Part shown: positions 44,306-53,939 of the stretch, piece by piece | How the letters are laid out: the number at the start of each line of letters is the position of its first letter | Numbering within the stretch: position 1 is the stretch's first letter | Assembly (NCBI GenBank): GCA_036517795.1 | Contig: DATDTF010000011.1 | Span: 9,772 to 73,771 of the forward strand | Length of the DNA: 64,000 nucleotides | Reading direction: 5' to 3' | Origin: Minisyncoccota bacterium | Lineage (GTDB): Bacteria > Patescibacteriota > Minisyncoccia > 2-02-FULL-40-12 > IGHO2-12-FULL-4 | The notes under the pieces: model-generated | Told to the model about the DNA's origin: nothing | Seen by the model: the letters and a program-made list of their open reading frames with translations, nothing else | Database searches by the model: none | Made by a program: the position numbers and the translations under genes

Positions 44306-45284
44306 GACAATCAAAATATTTATGGTCATCCTGTTTGGAGCAGCCGGTTTAGTGTTGGCAAGAGTTGGTATTCTAATTAACAAGGCTTTCCACCCAGCCA
44401 CTGCCGCCATCTCTTTGCCGACTAAGGTTGATTACGAAGACAGCGACGACTTTGACCACGACGGCTTAAAAAATGCCGAAGAAGCGGTTTGGGGAAGCGA
44501 CCCATATAATCCCGATACCGATGGAGACGGCTATCTAGACGGTGAAGAAGTTTTTTCAGACCACAGCCCTACACAAGCAAATGATGACTCTCTTGCCAAA
44601 ACCAGAGAGTTTCTCGGCCTAAATTCAACAGAAAGATTAGCATATCTTGTTACTGGAGGAATATTAAGCGGTGACCTAAAAACCGGCAACCCTCAGATCT
44701 ACGCTCAATCAGTTGACAATACTGCCACAGCTACTGTCTACTCTGTCTTGTCGGCTTTAGAAGACATAAACGTCGGAGAAGAAATTAAAAACTTGGTTCC
44801 TGACTCAAAAGAATCGCAGGAAAAATATTTGAATGAGATTTTTAAAGTCGTATCTGGAGACATAACCGAACTTCTTCTTGGTCAGCCCAAAGAACTTGTT
44901 CTCCTTTTCAGTCCAGATCAAAACAACACAAGCAGAGAAATATATACCGACGAACAAAAAGAGAGAATAAAGACTAAATTCTTGCAACATTCCATAAAAT
45001 TCTCACAAGCTTTTGATCAACTTAATAATACTGAAGTTCCTCAAAGCTTGTCAAACATTCATAAAAAAACTCTAACACTTCTAAAAAAACTTGAACTGTA
45101 TTACCGCTCCATAGCTCTTTCAGCGGACGACCCTTTGAAGCAAATGATTGTTCTCGGCAATTTACAAAGTGTCTATCTGGAAGCCCAGCCCATTATTTTG
45201 GAAATTAACAGCAAGATAAAATCCAACAACCTCACTCCTCCTGACAGTGACTTTTTCGACATAACTCTGCTTTTGAATCAGTAA
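44292..45284 (+). CDS. membrane-anchored secreted protein with thrombospondin-type-3-like Ca-binding repeats
   Basis: Signal anchor. DSDDFDHDGLKNAEE and DTDGDGYLDGEEV (DxDxDGxxDxxE) repeats. 14 nt overlap with lnt. First gene of the T4SS-like operon. Confidence 0.4.
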   Translation: MNTTKTIKIFMVILFGAAGLVLARVGILINKAFHPATAAISLPTKVDYEDSDDFDHDGLKNAEEAVWGSDPYNPDTDGDGYLDGEEVFSDHSPTQANDDSLAKTREFLGLNSTERLAYLVTGGILSGDLKTGNPQIYAQSVDNTATATVYSVLSALEDINVGEEIKNLVPDSKESQEKYLNEIFKVVSGDITELLLGQPKELVLLFSPDQNNTSREIYTDEQKERIKTKFLQHSIKFSQAFDQLNNTEVPQSLSNIHKKTLTLLKKLELYYRSIALSADDPLKQMIVLGNLQSVYLEAQPIILEINSKIKSNNLTPPDSDFFDITLLLNQ

Positions 45285-45292
45285 AATTTTTT

Positions 45293-46384
45293 ATGAGAAA
45301 AAAAATAGTGATTTTAGTGCTCATCTTTTCTCTGGGTTTTAGTGCTCCTCTTTACGTTGCCCGAGGCGCAGCTATGGTTTTGTGGGTGGTCAAAGAGTTT
45401 GGTCTAGATTTGGTCGCCAGAGCTTTATCGAGAAGATTGCTTACAGCTTTGAATGATAGCGTCGTCGAAGCCATCAATCAACTGGGTGTTGAGGGTGGCA
45501 AGCCAGGAGCAACTTTTGTTCAAAACTGGAAAAGATTTTTGGCAGATGCTCAAAGAATAGGTGAAAATCAGTTTCGCAGTCAGTTGAGTTATGTCATTAG
45601 AAACGGCTTTCTTTGCGGTGATTTGCAAGGACCTCTTGCAACAGCCTTTCAAGCAACGGCTGGAGATTACATTAACATTGGTGAACCCGATTTAAATGCT
45701 GAACTTCAGCAAAGCACCCTGACACCATTTCAAACAAAAATAAAGTGTACTCTGCCAAATAGTGTACGAGAGGCTTTCAAAAAAGACTTTGGCAAGGGCG
45801 GAGGCTGGGAAACTTGGTCAAGAATAGTCCAACCTCAAAACAACTTATCCGGTGCACTGACTATCTCCCTTGAAGAACTGGCAAAGCAACGAGCTTCGCA
45901 AGAGTCAGCCAGACAAAATCAAGTAGCAGCGGGCAGTGGTTTTGCCGGAGTGCAAGACAGCTGTAAAGGTTTCGGAGCTAACTCCAAATGCTCTTTTTTG
46001 GGTGAAGTTGTCACACCCGGTGATATGCTAAGTGAGGGTGCCGCTGACTGGCTGGATTCCAACTCCAAATGGTTTGTTTCTTCCGATGAACTTTCGGAAG
46101 TTCTAATCAATATTATTAACGCCGCAGTCGGTAAACTGCAAAACTTTATAGCCAGCAAAACGTTTGGACTGCTTGGGGTACCGGCCGGTTCATCCTCTCA
46201 AGACAACTCTGCGAGTCAAGCCGGACAATACACTGGCAGGGTGCAAAATGATTGTATACCACTATGTATTACCCCAAAGAACAACGGCTGTGACAACACC
46301 AATCTTTTTACTTTTCCTGAAACGATAGACACTTGTTATGCTAAAGCCAAAGCCGAATGTGATAAACAATGCGCCGTACCTTAA
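45293..46384 (+). CDS. secreted protein with Cys-rich C-terminus
   Basis: Signal peptide. C-terminal CIPLCITPKNNGCDN...CYAKAKAECDKQC. Confidence 0.35.
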   Translation: MRKKIVILVLIFSLGFSAPLYVARGAAMVLWVVKEFGLDLVARALSRRLLTALNDSVVEAINQLGVEGGKPGATFVQNWKRFLADAQRIGENQFRSQLSYVIRNGFLCGDLQGPLATAFQATAGDYINIGEPDLNAELQQSTLTPFQTKIKCTLPNSVREAFKKDFGKGGGWETWSRIVQPQNNLSGALTISLEELAKQRASQESARQNQVAAGSGFAGVQDSCKGFGANSKCSFLGEVVTPGDMLSEGAADWLDSNSKWFVSSDELSEVLINIINAAVGKLQNFIASKTFGLLGVPAGSSSQDNSASQAGQYTGRVQNDCIPLCITPKNNGCDNTNLFTFPETIDTCYAKAKAECDKQCAVP

Positions 46385-46492
46385 GCTTAAAAAATGAAAG
46401 GCAGAACAATCTACAAAAAAAATAAAATTCATACTATCAATTTTCATTCTGGCTGTTTTTGTTTTTTCAACATCAAAAACTAACATATCTTT

Positions 46493-48802
46493 ATGTCTTT
46501 ATTTAGTATCAGCGACATAGTAAATTCTGCCATTGCTAAGATTATCTTATACATTCAAGGATTGGTCATGGGCTTCATAGGCACGGCTTTGGCATGGACA
46601 GCCTATGCCCTGGCTTGGTTCCTTAAATTTCAGGGAGGATTTTTTGAAGAGGTCGCCATTGTCAAAACTTCTTGGGAAGTTTTTCGCAACTTCGCCAACA
46701 TGTTTTTCATCTTAATTCTGATTATCATCGCCTTCGCCACTATTTTTGATATTCAAAACTACAACTGGAAGGGTCTGATGGCCAAGTTTATCGTCGCCGC
46801 TCTTTTGATAAATTTCAGTTTGGCAATAGGTGGATTTTTGATAGATGTTTCCAACAACTTATCAAACTTAGTGCTCAACCAGTTTGGTGATATCACCAGC
46901 GATCTGGCCGGCGGTTTTGGAATTACTAAACTAGGCGCCGCTTTGGGCGGAGGCACTAGTAGTATAAAAGCTGTTCTGGAAAAGTCTGCAGGTGACCCAG
47001 AAGCTTTAGCTCTGGGCGTCATAATCTCACTTAGTGGCATGCTGATTGTAGCCGTTATTACCTTACTCTCAATGCTCGCCGCCCTAGTTTTTTCCATGAT
47101 AAGAGTGCCTATTCTCTGGGCACTACTGATTGTCTCACCCCTAGCTTGGATCACCGGAATTTTACCTAACACCAGAGAGTTCAATAAAAAATGGTGGAAC
47201 TGGTTTATCGGCTGGACTTTCTTTCTGCCGACCTACCTATTTGCCCTTATGATGGGCATAGCAATTCTCAAAGGCAGGCCAGACTTAAGCGCCGCCGCAG
47301 TTTTTGCAGAACAGGCAAGCGGACCGGAAGGTCTGCCGACCAGAGCCGCCAACTTCTTTGGTTTCGCATTTCAAGATGTATTCTATTGGGGACTGACTGT
47401 AATTATTCTAATCGGCGGCCTGGCCGCTTCACTCAAGGCCAGTTTTGCCGCCGGCAGCGGCGCCACCAAAGCTTTCGGCAATATCAGTGGGACTATAAAC
47501 AACTGGGCCAAAAGAAAGGCCTACATTCCGGCCATCCAAAAAGCCGGCAAAGAAAAGCTGGCCGAGATTCAGGATACCGGGCTACAAGGCAAAGTCGGCC
47601 GCTTCCTGTATGGCGGCGAGAGGGCAGAGAGACTGCGGGCAGCAAGAGTCGCCGGTCTTTTAGGCAAAAAAGAAGCTATGTCTGAAGCCGAAGCGGCAGA
47701 AGTTCAGAAAAATTATGCCAAATACAAAGCCGAGGGTCTTGATAAAGACAAGACTGCTTTGGACGCTTTAAACAAACAAATTGGTACAGGCAGTCTTAGT
47801 AAATTCCAGGAACTGGCCGCCAGAAAACTGCGTGCTGAAAATGGTTGGGTTGCTGAAGGCAAAGCTGGAGAAACCGAGATAGAAGAAACGATCAGAACTG
47901 CCGGAGAGAATAGCAAGTTTGCACAAGAGTATGTTGACGCTCTTAAAAAGAATGGTTTTGAGGAGGCTCTGGGAAGCCAAGCTCAAGCGGAAGATCTCGC
48001 CAAGAGAACAACCATCTTGCCTCTAAAAAAGGCTATTTTGGAAACCATGATTAAGAATAACCAAATTCTCAGCGACACCATGGCTGAAATGGTTTTAGGA
48101 GTATTCAAAAACGATTCCAAGGCTGTCAAAGATGAAATTGAAAAGGGTTTACAGAAAAATATTAAAAACTTCTCTGACACCAAGAAGAAAAATGACCGAG
48201 CCGCCTATCTCCTTGACGCCAGCAAGAACAAAGGTATTAAACGGATACTAGCGAGGCAAATGTCTGAAGATGGTGAAATAAATACATACCAAAAATACAA
48301 AACTGCCGCCGAACTGTTCGGTGGAGAAAATGAAACCGAATCTAGAGACATGCTTAACAAAATAATTAAAGACAAACCACTTGGTCATGCTGATATTTTG
48401 TTTAGACAGAAACTGGCTAAAGCCGAAGCTGATGATACAATTTTGGTCGCAGATTACGACCCTCTAAGCCCGACCGCGACTACTCCTGCCAGAGAAAAAG
48501 AGTTTGTTGATCAGATTAAAGAAAAACTCCCCAAAATGGGCGCTAAGGCTATCGCCGAGACAGACATAGATATCTGGGAAAGACCTGTTTTTGAGACTGT
48601 TTTGAAAGATAAAATTGGTGAGCTAGAAAGAAAGGAACCAAGCAAACTAGGCAAAACTGGCGGAAGGGGCAAGGCAGGAGCAGGTAAGAGATATCTCTTA
48701 AGAATCATGAAAGTGTTTGAGCTTGACCCCAATCCCGAAAAAGAAGTTATTATGGAAAGAATCATAGCAGCGTCTAAAGCGGCCGGCATGCCCTGGCCTT
48801 AA
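46493..48802 (+). CDS. VirB6/TrbL-like polytopic membrane protein with long charged C-terminal domain (putative)
   Basis: About 8 TM helices in the first 330 aa, Trp-rich, then about 440 aa of Lys/Glu-rich coiled-coil-like region. Position matches PrgH/VirB6 in Gram-positive T4SS operons. Confidence 0.4.
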   Translation: MSLFSISDIVNSAIAKIILYIQGLVMGFIGTALAWTAYALAWFLKFQGGFFEEVAIVKTSWEVFRNFANMFFILILIIIAFATIFDIQNYNWKGLMAKFIVAALLINFSLAIGGFLIDVSNNLSNLVLNQFGDITSDLAGGFGITKLGAALGGGTSSIKAVLEKSAGDPEALALGVIISLSGMLIVAVITLLSMLAALVFSMIRVPILWALLIVSPLAWITGILPNTREFNKKWWNWFIGWTFFLPTYLFALMMGIAILKGRPDLSAAAVFAEQASGPEGLPTRAANFFGFAFQDVFYWGLTVIILIGGLAASLKASFAAGSGATKAFGNISGTINNWAKRKAYIPAIQKAGKEKLAEIQDTGLQGKVGRFLYGGERAERLRAARVAGLLGKKEAMSEAEAAEVQKNYAKYKAEGLDKDKTALDALNKQIGTGSLSKFQELAARKLRAENGWVAEGKAGETEIEETIRTAGENSKFAQEYVDALKKNGFEEALGSQAQAEDLAKRTTILPLKKAILETMIKNNQILSDTMAEMVLGVFKNDSKAVKDEIEKGLQKNIKNFSDTKKKNDRAAYLLDASKNKGIKRILARQMSEDGEINTYQKYKTAAELFGGENETESRDMLNKIIKDKPLGHADILFRQKLAKAEADDTILVADYDPLSPTATTPAREKEFVDQIKEKLPKMGAKAIAETDIDIWERPVFETVLKDKIGELERKEPSKLGKTGGRGKAGAGKRYLLRIMKVFELDPNPEKEVIMERIIAASKAAGMPWP

Positions 48803-48807
48803 ATAAA

Positions 48808-49299
48808 ATGAGAAATATCTACAGTCCAATTGAAGTTGATGACGACTCTTTACTGCTTGACGACGAAAAGCACGAGTTGTTTTACTCAAAAATTAATGCC
48901 TTGCCTCAAAACATTCAAGACTTGCTTTTTTCTTTGGACACAGAGGATAAATTAAAAAATATAGCTGTTCAAACCAAACTAAACCAGAATCAATCCATCG
49001 AGCTGACTCGCTTGGTTAGGGATGTGTTGATAAATGAAATCTATCTTGGAGACATAATCAAAGAGTCACAAAAACGCCTTGTTGTTAGTGAAGAATTTGC
49101 CCGTGAAATTGCCAACCAAATTGTTTCTGTAATTCTTGCTCCTGCCCTTGAAGATATTAAAAAAATTCACGTTGAGAAGTTCGGACGTCCCGCTGCCGAC
49201 GTTGCCACGCCTTCTAACAGCAAGTCACAAATCCCAGAAAGAGACAAGCCCCAGATAATAAACCCTGGCAATATAGTAAATCTTAGAAACAAAAATTAG
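48808..49299 (+). CDS. hypothetical protein (163 aa) in T4SS-like operon
   Basis: ORF only. 6 nt after the upstream stop. Confidence 0.3.
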   Translation: MRNIYSPIEVDDDSLLLDDEKHELFYSKINALPQNIQDLLFSLDTEDKLKNIAVQTKLNQNQSIELTRLVRDVLINEIYLGDIIKESQKRLVVSEEFAREIANQIVSVILAPALEDIKKIHVEKFGRPAADVATPSNSKSQIPERDKPQIINPGNIVNLRNKN

Positions 49300-49301
49300 C
49301 A

Positions 49302-49607
49302 ATGAGGTTTCAAGTTCCACAATTTATAGAGACGGAAGAAAAGATAATCGGACCCTTTACGATTAAGCAGTTCATTTTTATCACTATCGGCGGAATGCTT
49401 TTGTTCTTAATCTTTTTTCTGGTTACTCCCGGCTGGTTTGTGATTTTAGCCATACCCGTCATAGCTATTACTTTAAGTTTAGCGCTGATAAAAGTCGCTG
49501 AAATGCCTCTTTACTTATATCTTGCCCACGCTTTGAGCTTTGCTTTTAACCCGAAGAGGTATATCTACAGACCCGACCAAGAAGAAATAAATCATGGCCC
49601 AAAATAA
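49302..49607 (+). CDS. VirB3/PrgI-like small 2-TM protein (putative)
   Basis: 101 aa, two TM helices. Immediately precedes and overlaps the VirB4 N-terminal ORF by 14 nt, as virB3-virB4 pairs do. Confidence 0.35.
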   Translation: MRFQVPQFIETEEKIIGPFTIKQFIFITIGGMLLFLIFFLVTPGWFVILAIPVIAITLSLALIKVAEMPLYLYLAHALSFAFNPKRYIYRPDQEEINHGPK

Positions 49608-50217
49608 AAACCTGAACACGAAACAATTCGTTGACATTCACGACATTAAAGACGGCGTGGTCATACTTAAAAACGGCTCACTGCGCTTAATTTTAGAAAT
49701 TAGCTCCGTTAATTTTGATTTGAAATCAAGCGACGAACAGACGGCCATTATCAAAGCTTTTCAAAATTTCTTAAACTCACTTGATTTTCCTCTGCAAATT
49801 GTCGTGCATTCACGCCAGCTTGATATTAAAAACTATTTGGCTAAAACCCAAGTCCTTGTTGACCAGCTGGACAACGAACTTTTAAAAATTCAGGGAATTG
49901 AGTACATAAGATTTATAAAAGGCTTGACCGAGCTGGCCAACATTATGTCCAAAAGTTTTTATGTCGTGGTGCCTTTATACATAACTGAAGCCGCCTCAAA
50001 AAAGAGCCTTTTGGAAAACATAAAAAGCGTTTTTGGCACTGCCGCTCAAAAAATAAAGAGTCTTGAAGAACAAGACTTCAGTATATATAAAAGCCCGATA
50101 GAACAGCGGGCTGAAATTATAATGGAAGGCTTGCGCGGTATGGGCCTTGCTTCAAAAGTTTTGGACAAAGAAAGTTTAGTAAAAATATTCTACAATCTTT
50201 TTAACCCAAATGCCTAA
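49594..50217 (+). CDS. VirB4/TrbE-family ATPase, N-terminal domain (separate ORF)
   Basis: VDIHDIKDGVVILKNGSLRLILEISSVNFDLKS resembles the VirB4/TraE N-terminus. Ends 8 nt inside the next ORF. Confidence 0.55.
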   Translation: MAQNKNLNTKQFVDIHDIKDGVVILKNGSLRLILEISSVNFDLKSSDEQTAIIKAFQNFLNSLDFPLQIVVHSRQLDIKNYLAKTQVLVDQLDNELLKIQGIEYIRFIKGLTELANIMSKSFYVVVPLYITEAASKKSLLENIKSVFGTAAQKIKSLEEQDFSIYKSPIEQRAEIIMEGLRGMGLASKVLDKESLVKIFYNLFNPNA

Positions 50218-51982
50218 CGACCCAAACAAAATTACAGAGATAAAAACATCTGAATTTCTGGATGACCAGCTGGCTCCCAGCGCTATTAATATCTCCGGCA
50301 ATAACTTGCAAATCGGCGCCCGGTTTGCCAAGACTTTGTTTTTATCAACTTTGCCTAGATACCTAAACACTCAGTGGTTTTCGCCCGTCATCAATTTAGA
50401 CAGAGTTTTGGACATCTCAATCTACTTTCATCCGGCTGACTCGGGTACTGTTCTAAAAAAGTTAAGAGACAAGCTTGCCCGCTTGCAGGCTGAGGCCATA
50501 GAAGAAGCCAATCAAGGCAAGGTTCGCAACCCCATTCTTGACACGGCCATTTCGGACATTGAAGACTTGCGGGACACTATTCAGCAGGGGACAGACAGAT
50601 TTTTTGAGTTCGGCGTCTATATCACAATTTACGGCCAGAGCGAAAAAGACTTAGATGAGACTGAGTCAAAAATCAGAGGCCTGTTTGAGGCGCAGTTAAT
50701 TTATCTCAAACCGGCAACTTTCAGAATGAAAGAGGGTTTCCTTTCAACCCTGCCTTTGGATAACGACCTTTTAAACGCCCACAGTTCTCTGAACACTCAA
50801 CCCATTTCTTCGGTGTTTCCTTTTGTTTCTTACGACTTAACTTCTGACAGCGGCCTTCTGTACGGCATCAATACCCACAACAACTCCCTGATTCTTTTTG
50901 ACCGTTTTTCTTTGGAAAACTACAACAGTGTCGTTTTCGGCAAATCTGGGGGGGGTAAAAGCTACGTCGTTAAGTTAGAGATTCTAAGAAGCTTAATGTT
51001 AGGCACCGAGGTTTTCATAATTGACCCGGAAAACGAATACAAATACCTAGCTGATACAGTAGGCGGTTCTACGGTCAACATCTCCGTTGCTTCCGATAGC
51101 CACATTAACCCGTTTGACCTGCCTCAACCGGCGGCGGGAGAAGAGTTCAAAGATATCTTTCGGACACACATTTTGGACTTAACCGGTTTGTTTAAATTAA
51201 TGCTGGTAGAGCTTACGCCGGAAGAAAGCTCTTTACTTGACGAGGCGCTGATTCAGTCTTACGCCTTAAAAGACATAACTATGGAGAGCAATAACAGCCA
51301 AGGCGAGGTGCCGCTACTCTCTGACTTCCAAAATATTCTTGAAGGGCTTGCCGGAGCCGAATCTATGGCCATCCGGATAAAAAAATACACCGAAGGAACC
51401 TTTGCCGGATTTTTAAACAGACCGACAAATGTTTCCTTGGACAATAGGTTAGTTCTCTTCAGTATCAGAGACATGGAAGAAGAGTTGAGACCTATCGCCA
51501 TGTACCTTGTCTTAAATTATATCTGGACAAAGGTCCGCACTGTACTTAAAAAGAGAACCCTTGTCGTGGACGAGGCTTGGTGGTTGCTTAAATATGAGAT
51601 TGGCGGAGCTTTTTTGTACAATGTGGCCAAGAGAGCAAGAAAGTACTTTTTGGGACTGACAACAATTTCACAAGATGTGCCTGACTTTCTAAATTCTTCT
51701 TATGGCAAAGCAATCGTCACCAACTCCTCAATTCAAATTTTAATGAAGCAATCCGCCGCCTCAATTGAAGGCGTTAAGCAAACATTTAACCTTACCGATG
51801 CTGAAAAATTCTTTCTGCTGGAAGCCGGTGTCGGACACGGACTATTCTTTGCCGGCTCTAACCACGTCGGCATCAGAGTGGTTGCCTCATACACTGAAGA
51901 CCAAATTATCACTTCCGACCCCCGCCAGATTTTAGAAATTGAGAGAGCGAAAAAAGAGTGGGCCGAACAGCAAAAAACTTAG
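50210..51982 (+). CDS. VirB4/TrbE/CagE-family T4SS ATPase (C-terminal ATPase domain)
   Basis: Walker A FGKSGGGKSY. Walker B and signature LVVDEAWWLL (DEAW). TTISQDVPDF (TQ motif). Confidence 0.75.
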   Translation: MPNDPNKITEIKTSEFLDDQLAPSAINISGNNLQIGARFAKTLFLSTLPRYLNTQWFSPVINLDRVLDISIYFHPADSGTVLKKLRDKLARLQAEAIEEANQGKVRNPILDTAISDIEDLRDTIQQGTDRFFEFGVYITIYGQSEKDLDETESKIRGLFEAQLIYLKPATFRMKEGFLSTLPLDNDLLNAHSSLNTQPISSVFPFVSYDLTSDSGLLYGINTHNNSLILFDRFSLENYNSVVFGKSGGGKSYVVKLEILRSLMLGTEVFIIDPENEYKYLADTVGGSTVNISVASDSHINPFDLPQPAAGEEFKDIFRTHILDLTGLFKLMLVELTPEESSLLDEALIQSYALKDITMESNNSQGEVPLLSDFQNILEGLAGAESMAIRIKKYTEGTFAGFLNRPTNVSLDNRLVLFSIRDMEEELRPIAMYLVLNYIWTKVRTVLKKRTLVVDEAWWLLKYEIGGAFLYNVAKRARKYFLGLTTISQDVPDFLNSSYGKAIVTNSSIQILMKQSAASIEGVKQTFNLTDAEKFFLLEAGVGHGLFFAGSNHVGIRVVASYTEDQIITSDPRQILEIERAKKEWAEQQKT

Positions 51983-51991
51983 TCAACACTT

Positions 51992-52660
51992 ATGGCCGAC
52001 CAAATAGAAGAATCGTCCGAAAATGAAACTGATGAAGAAGAAGCGATAGCTTTAGTTTTTCAAACTGAACAAGAACTAAATTTGGCCAAACAGAGATTGC
52101 TGGCAGTTTCAGAAGAAGGACAAAGCTATAAAAACCCTTCTTTACTAAAATATGGATTTTTATTTTTTGTCGCTGGTGCCATAGATGCCGTTGATTTTTT
52201 GGATTTGACAGGTGCGGGCATAATAATTGCAAAGATAGTTTCTATAGCCGGAACTTGTATTATATATTTCACTTTATGGCTTACCGACAGCCGATTCAAA
52301 AAAGCCCATGAACTTATTGGCAATCTGGAAGAAGCAATCTTGGATGTTCAGCAAAAAGCAGCCAGAGTAAGCAGTTTGGCAATGAGAACATCTCGAGTTC
52401 TTAGCAAGATACCTGGCATGAAAGGATTGGCCAGAAGAATACCGAGAACTATGGTTAAAATTAGACGATTAGCCCGTAAAAACCCGCTTACGAAAGTTCT
52501 AATTGGAGGTGCAATTAACCTCATACCATTTCTGGCAATAATTAATCTAATGATAGTTTGGGTATGGCTAAATTATCACGACGAGAAAAAAGCCTTCAAG
52601 CACGCCCGACAGTCATCACAAGAGGCGTTAACACAAATTGAAATGACGGGAACAGCATGA
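51992..52660 (+). CDS. membrane protein (222 aa), acidic N-terminus, 3 TM, in T4SS-like operon
   Basis: ORF with clear TM helices. Occupies the position of VirB8/PrgL-like proteins. No motif support. Confidence 0.3.
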   Translation: MADQIEESSENETDEEEAIALVFQTEQELNLAKQRLLAVSEEGQSYKNPSLLKYGFLFFVAGAIDAVDFLDLTGAGIIIAKIVSIAGTCIIYFTLWLTDSRFKKAHELIGNLEEAILDVQQKAARVSSLAMRTSRVLSKIPGMKGLARRIPRTMVKIRRLARKNPLTKVLIGGAINLIPFLAIINLMIVWVWLNYHDEKKAFKHARQSSQEALTQIEMTGTA

Positions 52661-52686
52661 TAAAGTAGAGTCAGTGGTAAGAAACT

Positions 52687-52795
52687 CAATTTAATTCCGA
52701 TATTGCTCTGCCGAGCTTTAGCAAGTGTCAGCTGGGATAAAGTCAAAAGGGACTTTGCCAAAGGCGGAGTGTGTCAAAGACAAGAACAATATCGG
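52687..52795. repeat. MITE-like element, full-length copy (intergenic)
   Basis: ccgatattgctctgccgagctttagc...aaaagggactttgccaaaggcgg...caatatcggcattgggacg. About 80% identical to the 41868 copy. Confidence 0.7.
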
Positions 52796-52805
52796 CATTG
52801 GGACG

Positions 52806-53900
52806 ATGAACCAAAAAACAATTCTTACAATTCTAATACTTGTGCTGGCTGGTATAGTAACCTTTTTGGGAGGCTACCTTTTGGCAAACAAAGGCACCGG
52901 ACAAACTGCCAACATAGCCGGACTGAACCGTTTTTCAAATTTCTCCGCCAATAAGCCCGAATCTGAAAAAACCACTACAGTAAAGTTAAACCGCTTGAGC
53001 AGTGTCAAGGTTGTGAGTCCGGCCATTTCTGAAAACGGCAGAAATATTAACTACTTTGAAAAGGGCACGGGAAAAATTTTCTCCAGTGACTTTGCCGGAC
53101 AAAGCATTAATATTATCAACGGCAACATTAAAGAAGACGTTACCGGAGCTGTCTGGTCAAAAAACGGTTGGCAAGCAGTTGTCGCAAGAAAAACTTCCCG
53201 CGGACAAGTTTTTAGCCTGTCTGACTTAAAAATTGACATATTAACAGATCTAAATGAAAAGATGTCAGGAATAACCTGGTCTCCGGACGGACAAAAAATA
53301 GCTTACTTGTTTTTTGACTCTTCAGCAGAAGAAGGAAACATCAGTATTGCAAATCCCGATGGCTCATCCTTTAAAAACGTTCTGCCCACCAGAAATAGCC
53401 AATTAAAAATATCTTGGCCCAGTAAGGATAGCCTTGCTTTCTATAGTCCGAGTGGGGTAGACCGAAGTTTGTTCCTGCTAAATATGGAAACTGGGGAGCT
53501 GGAGAAAATTTTGGAGTCAGCCAACAACTTAAAAACTCTCTGGTCTCCAGATGGCTTAAATTTAATTTATTCTCACAGCAAAGAGGACGGTAGTGTAGTG
53601 ACAAACTTGCTTCAACTTAAAGAAGATAACCGTTCTGTTTTAGATCTCAGCCTGCAGACCAATGCCGATAAATGCGTTTGGAGTTTAAACTCACAAAAAT
53701 TTTATTGCGGAGGAACTAAAGCCGACGGCGCGGAGGAGGGTCTTTATGAATTTGACCTAACTAAAAAGGAATTTGGTTTGGTGTTTCAGTCCAGTTCTGT
53801 CGACCAAATTGAAATTGAAAAACCTTTCTTATCACCAGTAGAAAATTTCATCTTTTTTACAAACGGCTACGATCAGTATCTCTTCTCTATTAGCCTTTAA
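52806..53900 (+). CDS. secreted PD40/TolB-like beta-propeller repeat protein
   Basis: N-terminal TM/signal (MNQKTILTILILVLAGIV). Repeated WSPDGxxIAY / WSPDGLNLIYS motifs. Start trimmed to exclude repeat-encoded residues. Confidence 0.5.
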   Translation: MNQKTILTILILVLAGIVTFLGGYLLANKGTGQTANIAGLNRFSNFSANKPESEKTTTVKLNRLSSVKVVSPAISENGRNINYFEKGTGKIFSSDFAGQSINIINGNIKEDVTGAVWSKNGWQAVVARKTSRGQVFSLSDLKIDILTDLNEKMSGITWSPDGQKIAYLFFDSSAEEGNISIANPDGSSFKNVLPTRNSQLKISWPSKDSLAFYSPSGVDRSLFLLNMETGELEKILESANNLKTLWSPDGLNLIYSHSKEDGSVVTNLLQLKEDNRSVLDLSLQTNADKCVWSLNSQKFYCGGTKADGAEEGLYEFDLTKKEFGLVFQSSSVDQIEIEKPFLSPVENFIFFTNGYDQYLFSISL

Positions 53901-53939
53901 AATAAAAACTGGGATTATATAATCCCAGTTTTTATTACT

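Noticed and set aside
52703-52954. 83 aa ORF, and the first 27 codons of the 52725 ORF
   Set aside because: They are encoded entirely by the MITE copy at 52687-52795. The downstream gene more plausibly starts at MNQKTIL (52806), which has a signal/TM segment.
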